From positions 32,001 through 96,000 of the forward strand of contig CAVUKA010000006.1 in NCBI GenBank assembly GCA_963741945.1: a DNA stretch of 64,000 bases, written 5' to 3'. The position numbers and the translations under genes were made by a program. The first letter of the stretch is position 1. Each line of letters opens with the position of its first letter. The stretch is from an uncultured Gemmatimonadales bacterium (GTDB lineage Bacteria > Gemmatimonadota > Gemmatimonadetes > Longimicrobiales > RSA9). Below the pieces are notes generated by a model. That model was given only the letters and a program-made list of their open reading frames with translations. It had not been told where the DNA came from and did no database searches. Positions 37,887-47,610 of the stretch are shown piece by piece.

Positions 37887-38371
37887 CTACGAGTCCTTGA
37901 GCCTGCGGAACACTTCTGCGAAGCTCTCCACGTCCTCCTGGCTGAACGCCTGCGCCACCGGCCTGTCGTTCACCTGCCAGATCTGGACTCGAGCTTTCGA
38001 TCCGGGTCGGTGAAGACGAACTGCATCCGGCCATCCGCCCAGCGGATGTCCTCGATCTCCGCTACGGCGTACCGCGCCCGGAACTTCACCGCCTTCCCCA
38101 CCGTGCCCCGGAGCAGCCCCCCGACGAACCCGGGCGCCTCTCCTGTTCGGGCGGAGGAGTCCACGTCGGCGAGCGCTGCCTGCGCGGCGCTGTCGGAAAG
38201 CGCAAAATAGACGAACTCTCCCGTGAGCCCGAGCTTCACGCCGCCATCCGTGCTCCGGATGGCGAACAGGTCGGGGCCGAGGTCGCGCCCGCCGAAATCG
38301 ACTGAAGGTCGGCCCCGATCCCCGCACGCCGCGAGCGGGACCAGAAGGAGCAGCGCAAGAGCGCGCATCAT
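37887..38371 (-). CDS. Hypothetical lipoprotein, probably frameshifted near 37975-37990
   Basis: Lipobox LAAC; ATGA overlap with the upstream yihY. The frame stops at 37970, but a protein-like tail (QVNDRPVAQAFSQEDVESFAEVFRRLKDS) continues in another frame to 37887. Confidence 0.6.
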
Positions 38372-39276
38372 GTTCCAATCTCCTGACGGATGACCCGCTT
38401 CTCCAGCACGGCCCGGACAGCGCCGTCCGACGGCTGGATCTCTTCGCCCCGTCGCCGCGCCAGCACCTGTGTGACTTCGGCGCCGAGGAAGAAGATCATG
38501 CAGGAGTAGTAGATCCAGATCAGGATCAGCGCCAGGGACCCGGCCGCCCCGTACGCCGACCCGGCGTCGCTGTGCGCCAGGTAAAGGCCGAGGAGCACGT
38601 TCCCCACCACGAACAGCCCGCCGGTGATCGTGGCGCCGCGCCACGCATCGCGCCACCGCACCCGGGCGTCCGGCAGCACCTGGAAGAGGATGCCGAAGAG
38701 CACGGTGGCGGCGATGAGCGAGAGGCCGGCGTTCACCAGTCCGAGCGTCGGCGAAGACACGAGCGGGGGGAGCGTCCGGGTCACGAACCGTCCCACTGCG
38801 GAGATGGCGGTCTGCGACACCAGCGAGACCAGAAGGAGCGCGGTGACGCCCAGGATCATGACGAACGAGAGCACTCGCTTGACCAGGAAGTTCCGGACCA
38901 TGCCGCCCCGCTCCGGGTCGGGCTCGACCTGCCAGATCCGGTTCAGCGCGCTCTGCAGATTCGCGAATCCCGTGGTGGCGGCGAACAGGAGCGCGATCAT
39001 GCCCAGTCCGGTGAGCGCCGGATTCGACATGCGCGGCAGGTGTGCGTTTTCGAGGATGGCGCCCACCTGTGTGGCCGCGCGGCTCCCGACCAGCAGCCGG
39101 ATCTGTTCCAGGATCAGCTGTGAGAGACGCTCCGGTGCCACGAACAGCCCGGCCACGAACGTGATCAGCACCAGCAGGCCCGGGAGCGAGAACACGGTGT
39201 AATAGGAAACTGCCGCCGCCATGCGCGGGCAGTCGTCGCCGATGAAGTCGTCGAGCGTCGCTCTCAGGGTACCCAT
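38368..39276 (-). CDS. YihY/virulence factor BrkB family membrane protein
   Basis: AAAVSYYTVFSL, LQSALNRIW, LP DARV, YGAAGSL, WIYY, FLGAE. Confidence 0.93.
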   Translation of the reverse strand: MGTLRATLDDFIGDDCPRMAAAVSYYTVFSLPGLLVLITFVAGLFVAPERLSQLILEQIRLLVGSRAATQVGAILENAHLPRMSNPALTGLGMIALLFAATTGFANLQSALNRIWQVEPDPERGGMVRNFLVKRVLSFVMILGVTALLLVSLVSQTAISAVGRFVTRTLPPLVSSPTLGLVNAGLSLIAATVLFGILFQVLPDARVRWRDAWRGATITGGLFVVGNVLLGLYLAHSDAGSAYGAAGSLALILIWIYYSCMIFFLGAEVTQVLARRRGEEIQPSDGAVRAVLEKRVIRQEIGT

Positions 39277-39323
39277 TCGCCGAGCCCCGCATCACGCAAG
39301 CCGGGGGCCGCCCCCGGTCCGCG

Positions 39324-39357
39324 TTGTGGCGCACGGCGGTCGTTTCGATATTCCGGC
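39324..39357 (+). promoter_or_regulatory. Putative leaderless promoter of the DUF763 gene
   Basis: TTGTGG-N17-GATATT-N5-ATG. Confidence 0.35.
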
Positions 39358-40479
39358 ATGGCGAGACGATCTGGGGCGGCGGACCTGCCGCTGCACGGCG
39401 GGAAGGCACCGCGCTGGCTGTTCGACCGGATGCGGTCGCTGGCACCGGCGGTGGTGGAAGCCATCGTCGCCGAGTACGGTCCCGGCGAAGTGCTGCGGCG
39501 CCTGTCGGACCCGTGGTGGTTTCAGGCCTTCGGCTGCGTTCTCGGCTTCGACTGGCACTCCAGCGGCGTGACCACCACCGTGTGTGGCGCGCTGAAGGCG
39601 GGGCTGGCGGGGCGCGAGCAGGACACGGGCATATGGGTGGCGGGCGGGAAGGGCAGAGCCTCGCGGAACACGCCCGCGGAGCTCACGGCCATCGCCGAGC
39701 GGATCGGCCTGGACCGTGACCGGCTGGTCTACAACAGCCGCATGAGCGCGAAGGTGGACAGCGCGGCGGTGCAGGATGGCTTCGGGCTGTACCACCACTC
39801 CTTCTTCGTGACCTCCGCCGGCGAATGGGGCGTGGTACAGCAGGGAATGCGGGACCTGGACCGCTCGGCGCGCCGCTACCACTGGCTGGGTGAGCGCGTG
39901 ACGGACATGGTGCGCGAGCCTCACGCCGCCATCGCGAGTGAGAACGCAGGCCAGAACGTCCTCGATCTCACGGCCGCGGATTCCGACCGAGCCCGCACGG
40001 CGATTGCCGAGCTCGCCCGCGAGTCCCCGGACCGGGTGGCCCGGGAGCTGGACCGGCTCACCGTGCTGGAGATGCCGCGGGGGCATGCCGTGGACCTGCG
40101 TCGCGACGTGGATCCGAAACAGCTGCACAAGGTCCTCACCTCCACGTACGCCGCCGCACCCGCCACGTTCGAGCAGGTGCTGGGCGTGCGAGGGGTCGGG
40201 GCGAAGGGCGTGCGGGCGCTGGTGCTCCTGGCGGAGCTTCTCTACGGCTCGCCCGCCAGCACCCGCGACCCGGCCCGCTTCTCCTTTGCCCACGGTGGCA
40301 AGGACGGCCACCCCTACCCCGTCGATCGGGCCACCTACGACCACAGTATCGAGTTCCTTCGCACGGCCGTTGCAAGGGCGCGGGTGGGTCGCACCGACCG
40401 GGTGCACGCGTTGCAGCGCCTTTCGAGGCTGGACCAGGAGGCAGACTGGAAGACGGGAGCCGGATCAACAGGGCGGTAA
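39358..40479 (+). CDS. DUF763 domain protein
   Basis: ADLPLHGGKAPRWLF, GFDWHSSGVTT, KVDSAAVQDGF, VVQQGM, HhH-like GVRGVGAK, FAHGGKDGHPYPV. Confidence 0.9.
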   Translation: MARRSGAADLPLHGGKAPRWLFDRMRSLAPAVVEAIVAEYGPGEVLRRLSDPWWFQAFGCVLGFDWHSSGVTTTVCGALKAGLAGREQDTGIWVAGGKGRASRNTPAELTAIAERIGLDRDRLVYNSRMSAKVDSAAVQDGFGLYHHSFFVTSAGEWGVVQQGMRDLDRSARRYHWLGERVTDMVREPHAAIASENAGQNVLDLTAADSDRARTAIAELARESPDRVARELDRLTVLEMPRGHAVDLRRDVDPKQLHKVLTSTYAAAPATFEQVLGVRGVGAKGVRALVLLAELLYGSPASTRDPARFSFAHGGKDGHPYPVDRATYDHSIEFLRTAVARARVGRTDRVHALQRLSRLDQEADWKTGAGSTGR

Positions 40480-41699
40480 TCGCCCTCGGGTTCGCCCGCA
40501 TGGCGGACGCCGTAGCCAATTCCTTCCTGGTGGTCGTGCTCCCGCTCTACATCGCGAGCTCCCACGTCACCGGGACCTCGCTCGGGCTGAGCGAGTCGGC
40601 CGTCACCGGCGTCATCCTCGCCGCCTTCGGCATCTTCAACGCCCTCATGCAGCCGTTCGCCGGCCGCATGTCGGATCGCGCGGGGAAGCGCAAGGCGTTC
40701 GTCCTGGCCGGACTCCTGGCGCTCGCCGCTCTCAACGCGCTCTACGGCTTCGCCCACAGCTACCTGGGCCTCCTCGCCGTCCGCACGGGGCAGGGGCTCT
40801 CCGCCGCCTTCACCATCACGGCCACCGTCGCACTGGTCAACGAGATCAGCACGCGCGGCAACCGCGGCGGCAACATGGGGATGTACAACTCGCTCCGCCT
40901 CGTCGGCTTCGGCGTCGGCCCGCTCGCCGCCGGGTTCGTCGTATCCAGCGGGCCGTACCACATCCTCGGTCTTCGTCTCACCGGCTTCAATGGCGCGTTC
41001 GCCATTGCCACGGTCGGCGCGCTCGTCGGGGCGCTCCTGGTCCTCCTCCTGGTGCGCGATCCCGAGCGGACCCACCCCGAACCTCGCCGGGTGAAGATCG
41101 CGATCCGGTCGCGCGACGCGGACCACCTGCTGGATCCGATCTTCACACTGGGGCTGGCGACGATGGTCATGGCCGGCTGCATCGCCGTTCTCGCTTCGAT
41201 CGAGCCCCACGTCAACGCGCACCTGGGCCAGGGACCGCGCTGGTTCGGCATCCAGTTCTCCGTCTTCATCCTCTCCCTCGCGGCGACGCAGCCGTTCATC
41301 GGTCGGCTCAGCGACCGCTGGGGGCGACGCCGGTTCATCATCGTCGGGCTCGTGCTGCTCGCCCCCACCACCCTGGCGCAGGGCCTGGTCGCCTCTTCCT
41401 GGGGCATGGTCGGCGCCCGCCTCGCCCAGGGGATCGCCGGCGCCATGGTGTTCGCCCCCGCCCTCGCCCTCGGTGGCGATCTGGCTACTCGCGGGCAGTC
41501 GGGCCTCCAGCTCTCCATTCTCACCATGTCCTTCGGCCTCGGCCTTTCCGCCGGCCAGCTGGCCGCGGGCTTTTTGGTGGGATTCGGCTACATTGTCCCG
41601 TTCGCCATCGGCGCTGGGCTGGCGGTCGCGGCCGCGATCCTCGTGCGCGCCGAAGTCGTGGATCCGCCGGCTGAAACCACCCCGGCCGCCGGAGCATAG
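40446..41699 (+). CDS. MFS transporter; probable non-canonical CTG start (first ATG is 40500)
   Basis: GRMSDRAGKRK and GRLSDRWGRRR motifs. TM1 (AVIALGFARMAD) begins upstream of the first ATG; AGGAGG precedes CTG 40446. Confidence 0.85.
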   Translation: MEDGSRINRAVIALGFARMADAVANSFLVVVLPLYIASSHVTGTSLGLSESAVTGVILAAFGIFNALMQPFAGRMSDRAGKRKAFVLAGLLALAALNALYGFAHSYLGLLAVRTGQGLSAAFTITATVALVNEISTRGNRGGNMGMYNSLRLVGFGVGPLAAGFVVSSGPYHILGLRLTGFNGAFAIATVGALVGALLVLLLVRDPERTHPEPRRVKIAIRSRDADHLLDPIFTLGLATMVMAGCIAVLASIEPHVNAHLGQGPRWFGIQFSVFILSLAATQPFIGRLSDRWGRRRFIIVGLVLLAPTTLAQGLVASSWGMVGARLAQGIAGAMVFAPALALGGDLATRGQSGLQLSILTMSFGLGLSAGQLAAGFLVGFGYIVPFAIGAGLAVAAAILVRAEVVDPPAETTPAAGA

Positions 41700-41734
41700 T
41701 GAGAGACACCGGACCTCATAACGGAGATTGATCT

Positions 41735-42094
41735 GTGCGCTTCCTGCTGCGCCTGCTCGCCACTGCGGCCGCCCTCTGGGTGGCCGTGATCCTGATCCCG
41801 GGCATCCGCTACACCGGCGGATGGCCGGGCTTCCTGGCCGTGGCCCTGGTCTTCGGGCTGGTCAATGCCGTCATCCGCCCGATCCTGAAGCTGCTCACGT
41901 GCCCGCTCGTCATTCTGACGCTCGGGCTGTTCGTCTTCGTGTTGAACGCCTTCCTGCTCTGGTTGAGTGCACAGTTCGCCCAGGGCCTCGGGCTCCCGTT
42001 CTTTGTCGACGGGTTCTGGGCCGCCCTCATCGGCGCACTCCTGGTCGGCGTCGTCAGCACGGTGCTGAATCTGTTCGTCGGGAAGAAGGAGTAG
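41735..42094 (+). CDS. YvlD-like 4-TM membrane protein ('phage holin family', superfamily IV)
   Basis: LVNAVIRPILKLLTCPLVILTLGLFVFVLNA, GFWAALIGA. Confidence 0.88.
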   Translation: MRFLLRLLATAAALWVAVILIPGIRYTGGWPGFLAVALVFGLVNAVIRPILKLLTCPLVILTLGLFVFVLNAFLLWLSAQFAQGLGLPFFVDGFWAALIGALLVGVVSTVLNLFVGKKE

Positions 42095-42317
42095 CGGCGT
42101 CGGCGGACAGCCCCACGCCGGGCACACCGCCGGGGTGCCGCGCGGTCCGGTGCCCCGGCGGCGACCCCCACGGTGCCCCCCGCGGTGACCCGGAGGCGCC
42201 GCTGCATTTTCACCGGCCGCGCCGTCCCCCGCCGGCCGCGGCGGAGGGCCAACGGACCGGTTCTTGACACTCGGGCGGTCAGCACGCCTTCTTATCCCCG
42301 CACTTCCAGGGACGGAC

Positions 42318-42632
42318 ATGCCCGATCCGGAGATCCAGGACCGCACCGCCGCGAGCCGCTTCACGGCCACCGTGGACGGTGAGACCGCAGAGCTGAAGTA
42401 CGCGCTGGAAGACGGGATGCTCCGCCTGATCCACACCGGTGTGCCGGAGTCGGTGGAAAGCCAGGGGGTGGGCAGCGCGCTGGCTCGCCACGCCCTGGAC
42501 GTGGCCCGGGAGCGCGGTCTGACCGTGTGGCCGGACTGCCCGTTCGTCGCCGAGTGGATGAAGCGGCACCCGGACTACCTGGACCTGCTGGATCCGGCAT
42601 TCCCGCGGCGAAAAGAGCTCGGAGCCGATTGA
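42318..42632 (+). CDS. Small GNAT acetyltransferase (YjdJ/Acetyltransf_CG type)
   Basis: HTGVPESVESQGVGSAL, PDCPFV, HPDY. Confidence 0.9.
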   Translation: MPDPEIQDRTAASRFTATVDGETAELKYALEDGMLRLIHTGVPESVESQGVGSALARHALDVARERGLTVWPDCPFVAEWMKRHPDYLDLLDPAFPRRKELGAD

Positions 42633-42645
42633 GGAGGGCCTGCTG

Positions 42646-44163
42646 ATGAAGGTGTGCCTGCTCACGTACGACGACCGCCCGCTGGACTCGCCGCACTCCG
42701 AAACGGTGAAAGCCGACCCGCGCCCGTTCATCCCGCACGCGGAGTGGGAGGTGGTGGAGCTGGAGAAGGCCACGGCCGTGGCCGAGGTCATCCGGCTGAG
42801 CCGCCAGCCCTGCGACCTGTACTTCAACTTCTGTGATGGCGCCTGGGATGCCGACGCCCCGGGCATCGAGGTGGTGCTGACCCTCGAGCAGGCGGGTGTG
42901 CCGTTCACCGGCGCCACGTCCGAGTTCTACGAGCCGTCCCGGGAAGCCATGAAGCGCGTGTGCGCGGCATGGGGGATCGACACGCCCGGGTACGTCCTCG
43001 CCACGGGCGAGACCGGGATCGAGCGCGCGGCGGACACGCTCCGCTTCCCGCTCATTGTCAAGCACCCGAGCAGCTACAGCAGCATCGGAATGACCCGGGA
43101 CTCCCGCGTGGAGGATGCCCGGGCGCTGCGCCGGCAGGCGGAGCGGATGATCGACCGCTTCGGCGGCGCACTCATCGAGGAGTTCATCGAGGGGGGCGAG
43201 GCCACGGTGCTGGTGGCGGAGAACCCGGCCGACCCGGCGTCGCCGACTGCGTTCACGCCCATCGCGTACCGCTTCCCCGAGGGCGAGTCGTTCAAGCACT
43301 TCGACCTGAAGTGGCACGACTACCATGGGCTGCGCGCTTCCCCGGTCGGCGATGGCGAGCTGGCCGACCTCCTGCGCGACCTCTCGGTCCGCATGTTCAC
43401 CGGCCTGAACGGTGCCGGCTACGGCCGCTGCGACCTCCGCATCGACCGGGACGGTCGGCCGTTCATGCTGGAAATCAACCCGAACTGCGGCATCTACTAC
43501 CCGGCCACCGACCCGGGCAGTGCGGACCTCTGCCTCCTGAACGACCCGGCCGGCCACATCGGCTTCACCCGCGACATCGTGGACGCGGCGTTCCGGCGAG
43601 CCGAGCGCCGCCGGCGGGGCTGCGAGGTGCGGGCCACCGGGCCGGGGGAGTACGGCATGTTCGCGACTCGTACATTCGCGCCGGGGGAGACCATCCTTCC
43701 GTTCGAGGAGCGGCCCCACACCCTCGTTACCCGGTCCCGGGTCGAGCGGGAATGGAATAGGCGCGCCCGGGAATGGTTCCGGCGCTACGCCTGGCCGCTG
43801 ACCGACGAGGTGTGGGTGATCTGGTCGCGGGATCCGGAGGACTGGCGCCCCATCAATCACTCGTGCGAACCCACCGCCTGGCTCGCGGGGCTCGACATGG
43901 TGGCCCGCCTCGCCATCGACCCCGGCGACGAGATCACGCTCGACTACGCCACCTATTCCAACGAGGTCGCGCCAGCGTTCGATTGCCGCTGCGGAGCCGA
44001 CACCTGCCGGGGCACGGTTCGCGGCACCGACTATCTCTCCGACGCCATCGCCCGCTACGGCGATCACGTGTCCGACTACGTCCGACAGCGGCGGCAACAG
44101 GCGTCCGATCCGCGCGCACGCATCCCGCACCCGCATCGCCGCGCGGCGTTCGGCGGAGGTTGA
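42646..44163 (+). CDS. D-Ala-D-Ala-ligase-like ATP-grasp domain fused to a SET + post-SET methyltransferase domain
   Basis: ATP-grasp: FNFCDG, PFTG, FPLIVKH, IEEFIEG, GRCDLR, LEINPNCG. SET: GEYGMFA, INHSCEP, GDEITLDY. Post-SET: CRCGADTC. Confidence 0.9.
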   Translation: MKVCLLTYDDRPLDSPHSETVKADPRPFIPHAEWEVVELEKATAVAEVIRLSRQPCDLYFNFCDGAWDADAPGIEVVLTLEQAGVPFTGATSEFYEPSREAMKRVCAAWGIDTPGYVLATGETGIERAADTLRFPLIVKHPSSYSSIGMTRDSRVEDARALRRQAERMIDRFGGALIEEFIEGGEATVLVAENPADPASPTAFTPIAYRFPEGESFKHFDLKWHDYHGLRASPVGDGELADLLRDLSVRMFTGLNGAGYGRCDLRIDRDGRPFMLEINPNCGIYYPATDPGSADLCLLNDPAGHIGFTRDIVDAAFRRAERRRRGCEVRATGPGEYGMFATRTFAPGETILPFEERPHTLVTRSRVEREWNRRAREWFRRYAWPLTDEVWVIWSRDPEDWRPINHSCEPTAWLAGLDMVARLAIDPGDEITLDYATYSNEVAPAFDCRCGADTCRGTVRGTDYLSDAIARYGDHVSDYVRQRRQQASDPRARIPHPHRRAAFGGG

Positions 44164-44239
44164 CGGATCCGGACCGCGTCGCCACGATCGGTGTACCCCA
44201 TTCCGAAGACTCCCGGCAGAACCCCCGCACCCGAGTGAT

Positions 44240-45463
44240 ATGAGCGAGACAGCAGCGGCGAAGACAGCGCCCGCGGAAGCGTTCCACGACGACATCATCT
44301 ATCCGGCCACGATCCCGTTCATGCTGGTCCACCTGGCTGCCTTCGCCGCCATCTGGACGGGCGTTTCCGTGGGAGCGGTCGTCGCCTGCCTGGCGCTCTA
44401 CGTGGTGCGCATGATCATCGTCACGGCGGGCTTTCACCGCTATTTCTCGCACCGCTCCTTCCGGACGAGCCGGGTCGGGCAGTTCGTGCTCGCGTTCCTG
44501 GCCCAGACATCGCTCCAGCGAGGGGTGATCTGGTGGGCGGCCATCCACCGGCACCACCACAGGCATTCGGACACGGAGCGGGACGTGCACTCGCCGCGGC
44601 AGCGGGGCTTCCTCTATTCCCACGTAGGCTGGATCTTCTCCAACCGCGAGGACACGCCGGACTATTCCACCGTCCAGGACCTCACGGCGTATCCCGAGCT
44701 CCGGTTCCTGGAGAGATTTCATCACCTGCCGTGGGTGGTCGTGGCGGGCGTGATCCTGCTGGTCTGGGGCTGGCAGGCGCTGGTGGTGAGCTGGATCTGG
44801 AGCACGATCCTCCTCTATCACGGCTCCTTTTCCATCAACTCACTGGCCCACGTGCACGGCCATCAGCGGTACGTCACCGGCGATGATTCCCGCAACAACT
44901 GGTGGCTGGCCATCATCACCATGGGTGAAGGCTGGCACAACAACCACCACGCCTACCAGAGCTCCACGCGACAGGGGTTCCGCTGGTACGAGTGGGACCT
45001 GACCTACTACACGCTCGAGGCGCTTGCCTGGATCCGCGTGGTCTGGGACCTGCGCTCGCCGCCCGCCGAAGTGGTGAACAACGAGCGTCGCCTCGGCCGG
45101 CGCGTGGTGGACCAGGTGGCGCACCAGATCGCCGAGTCGTTCCCCGTCGAGCGGATGGCCGCCCAGCTCCGCACCGCCTGGGACCAGGTGCCGGGGCTCG
45201 AGGATATCCGCGCCGATCTCGCCAGCCGCGCCGCCGACGCCCGCGCCCGGGCCAGCGACGCCCGCGCCCGTCTCGCCGAGCGGCTGGAGAACGTGCACGC
45301 CCCCCACGTTCCCTCGCTGGACGAGGTCCGCGAACGCGTCCGCAAGCGCTTCGACCAGGTCCCCGAAGTCTCCGTCGATGAGATCGCCCGGCGGACCCAT
45401 CGCATCCTGCTGGAGACCCTGTCCGTTCACCTGCTGGACGGCCCCGGACCGCTCCCCGCGTGA
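44240..45463 (+). CDS. Acyl-CoA (delta-9-like) fatty acid desaturase with C-terminal helical extension
   Basis: His boxes HRYFSH, HRHHH, HNNHH; GEGW; SINSLAH. Confidence 0.92.
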   Translation: MSETAAAKTAPAEAFHDDIIYPATIPFMLVHLAAFAAIWTGVSVGAVVACLALYVVRMIIVTAGFHRYFSHRSFRTSRVGQFVLAFLAQTSLQRGVIWWAAIHRHHHRHSDTERDVHSPRQRGFLYSHVGWIFSNREDTPDYSTVQDLTAYPELRFLERFHHLPWVVVAGVILLVWGWQALVVSWIWSTILLYHGSFSINSLAHVHGHQRYVTGDDSRNNWWLAIITMGEGWHNNHHAYQSSTRQGFRWYEWDLTYYTLEALAWIRVVWDLRSPPAEVVNNERRLGRRVVDQVAHQIAESFPVERMAAQLRTAWDQVPGLEDIRADLASRAADARARASDARARLAERLENVHAPHVPSLDEVRERVRKRFDQVPEVSVDEIARRTHRILLETLSVHLLDGPGPLPA

Positions 45464-45549
45464 GCGCGGGCGACGACGGGGCCGGCTGAGCCCGGCCGGG
45501 CCGGACCCCGGCCCCACTCTTTCCGAAGCGATCAAACACACGGAGCGCA

Positions 45550-46023
45550 ATGGCGAACCCTACGGCCACAATCGAGACCAACCACGGCACCATCCGCGTC
45601 GAGCTCTTTCAGGGCCGCGCCCCGGAGACCGTCCGCAACTTCATTGAGCTCGCCGGCAAGGGCTTCTACGACGGCGTGGTCTTCCACCGCGTCATCGAGG
45701 GCTTCATGATCCAGGGCGGCGACCCGGACGGCACCGGACGCGGCGGCCCGGGCTACACGATTCCGGACGAGTTCCATTCCGAGCTGCGCCACGACCAGAA
45801 GGGCATCCTGTCCATGGCCAACGCGGGCCCGAACACGGGTGGCTCCCAGTTCTTCATCACGCTGGCCGCCACGCCCTGGCTCGACAATCGCCACGCCGTC
45901 TTCGGCAAGGTGATCGACGGGATGGACGTGGTGGAGGAGATCGGCAGCGTCGCCACCGGCGCCGGGGACCGCCCGAAGAAGGAAGTGCGGATGGAGTCGG
46001 TCACGGTCCAGCAGGACGAATAG
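45550..46023 (+). CDS. Cyclophilin-type peptidyl-prolyl isomerase
   Basis: [38 protein letters not shown]. Confidence 0.97.
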   Translation: MANPTATIETNHGTIRVELFQGRAPETVRNFIELAGKGFYDGVVFHRVIEGFMIQGGDPDGTGRGGPGYTIPDEFHSELRHDQKGILSMANAGPNTGGSQFFITLAATPWLDNRHAVFGKVIDGMDVVEEIGSVATGAGDRPKKEVRMESVTVQQDE

Positions 46024-46087
46024 CGGCGGCCACCGCACGTCGGCAGGACCGCACCGGCCCGGGACGCGCCCGGAGCGCTGGGCGCCG

Positions 46088-46852
46088 CTACGGCCGCGGC
46101 GAGCTCCAGGGCACGGGCGTGTCGCCATCCAGCGGCTCTACCAGGCCGTAGTCCCTGAGCAGCGCCCGGTCGGCCAGGAGGTCGGCTGTGCCACCGGTCG
46201 CCACCACGCGGCCGCCCGCCAGCACCACCGCCTGGTCGCACACGGCCGCCGCCAGCTCCAGGTCGTGGGTGGCGAGCACCAGTGTCTCGTTCCGGGAGAG
46301 AAGCAGTCGCGCCACCGTCGCACGGGCCCGGGCATCGAGTCCCGCCGTGGGCTCATCCAGGACCAGGACCGACGGCCTCGACACCAGCACCGTGGCGAGC
46401 GCGGCCAGCCGCCGCTCACCGCCGCTCAGGTGGTGCGCCGCGCGCCCGGCATGGCCGCCCAGTCCGAGCGCCGCCAGCTGCGAGCGCGCCCTCGCCTCGG
46501 CTTCCACCGGGGACTCGCCCGCATTCAGCGGGCCGAACGCCACGTCCTCCAGGAGCGTCGGCAGGAAGAGCTGGTCCTCCGCGTCCTGGAAGACGAAGCC
46601 GACGCGACGCCGGACTTCCCGCACCGAGGCGTCCGTCACCGGCACGCCCTCCACCAGGACCCGCCCGCTCGTGGGGCGGAGCAGGCCGTTGGCATGGAGC
46701 AGCAGCGTGCTCTTCCCCGCTCCGTTCGCCCCGAGCACGGCCACGCGCTCCCCCGCCATCACTTCCCAGGTCACGTCCGCCAGCACCGGGGCGCCGCCCG
46801 GATAGGCGAACCCGACCTCCTCGAAGCGCAGCGCTCCGGCCTGCCCGCTCAC
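46088..46852 (-). CDS. cbiO: ECF Co/Ni transporter ATPase
   Basis: GANGAGKS, FQDAEDQLF, DVAFGP, LSGGE, LDEPT; GTGA overlap with cbiQ. Confidence 0.92.
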   Translation of the reverse strand: MSGQAGALRFEEVGFAYPGGAPVLADVTWEVMAGERVAVLGANGAGKSTLLLHANGLLRPTSGRVLVEGVPVTDASVREVRRRVGFVFQDAEDQLFLPTLLEDVAFGPLNAGESPVEAEARARSQLAALGLGGHAGRAAHHLSGGERRLAALATVLVSRPSVLVLDEPTAGLDARARATVARLLLSRNETLVLATHDLELAAAVCDQAVVLAGGRVVATGGTADLLADRALLRDYGLVEPLDGDTPVPWSSPRP

Positions 46853-47610
46853 GACAGCGCGCTCCCGACCACCACGGCCACCACCAGTGCCAGACCCGTG
46901 AGCTCCAGCGCCGGACGGCCCGCCCCCGCAGGCGGGTGCAGCACGGGCATCTCCCCCTGGTATCCGCGGCTGAGCATCGCGCGGTAGACCATCTCGCTGC
47001 GGTCGAAGCTCCGCTGCACCGCGGCCGCCGTGATCCCGACGAGCAGGCGACGCCGGGACGCGCTTCCCCGGCCCGCGTTCCGGCTCCGGGCCGCTCGACG
47101 CAGCCGGTCCACTTCGTCCGACAGCGTGTACAGGAACCGGTACGCCAGTCCGAGGGAGGAAGTGACCACCCGCGGGAGCCGCAGCGTGCGGAAGGCCACG
47201 ATCAGGTCGTTGAACCGCGTGGTGCTCACCAGAACCACCGCCGCGCCGATGGCCACTGCCGCGCGGCCCACGATCGATCCGAAACGCAGGAGCCCCGCAT
47301 CCGTCACCGTGGCCGGTCCGAAACGGACCACCGCCTGCCCCGGCACCACGAAGAGGATGCCCACCGAGACCAGCACGACCAGGGCGAGCGGGGGAGCCAG
47401 GCGGGCAAAGAACGGGGCGGGCGGGATCCGGGCCAGCGCGGCCAGCAGCCCGACGAGCAGCGCCAGCCCCGCCAGCTGCGGCCAGGCGCCGAGCGGAAGT
47501 AGCGCGGACCCCGTGGCCACGAGCACGGTCCCGACCAGCCGCACGGTGGGAGAACGCCGCGTCAGCGCCGAATCCACCTGCGCGTACTGATCCAGGTGAT
47601 GAAAGCTCAC
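46849..47610 (-). CDS. cbiQ: ECF Co/Ni transporter T component
   Basis: STT, LRLP, YRFL, RAARSR, AMLSRGY; GTGA overlap with cbiM. Confidence 0.9.
   Translation of the reverse strand: MSFHHLDQYAQVDSALTRRSPTVRLVGTVLVATGSALLPLGAWPQLAGLALLVGLLAALARIPPAPFFARLAPPLALVVLVSVGILFVVPGQAVVRFGPATVTDAGLLRFGSIVGRAAVAIGAAVVLVSTTRFNDLIVAFRTLRLPRVVTSSLGLAYRFLYTLSDEVDRLRRAARSRNAGRGSASRRRLLVGITAAAVQRSFDRSEMVYRAMLSRGYQGEMPVLHPPAGAGRPALELTGLALVVAVVVGSALS

Noticed and set aside
41735..42094. 'Phage holin' as evidence of a prophage
   Set aside because: This YvlD-like family is commonly chromosomal. No endolysin, structural or integrase genes are nearby.
44164..45463. Desaturase as part of the GNAT/ATP-grasp-SET operon
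   Set aside because: A 76-nt gap with its own candidate promoter (TTGACG-N17-CACGAT from 44160) makes co-function unsupported, though not excluded.
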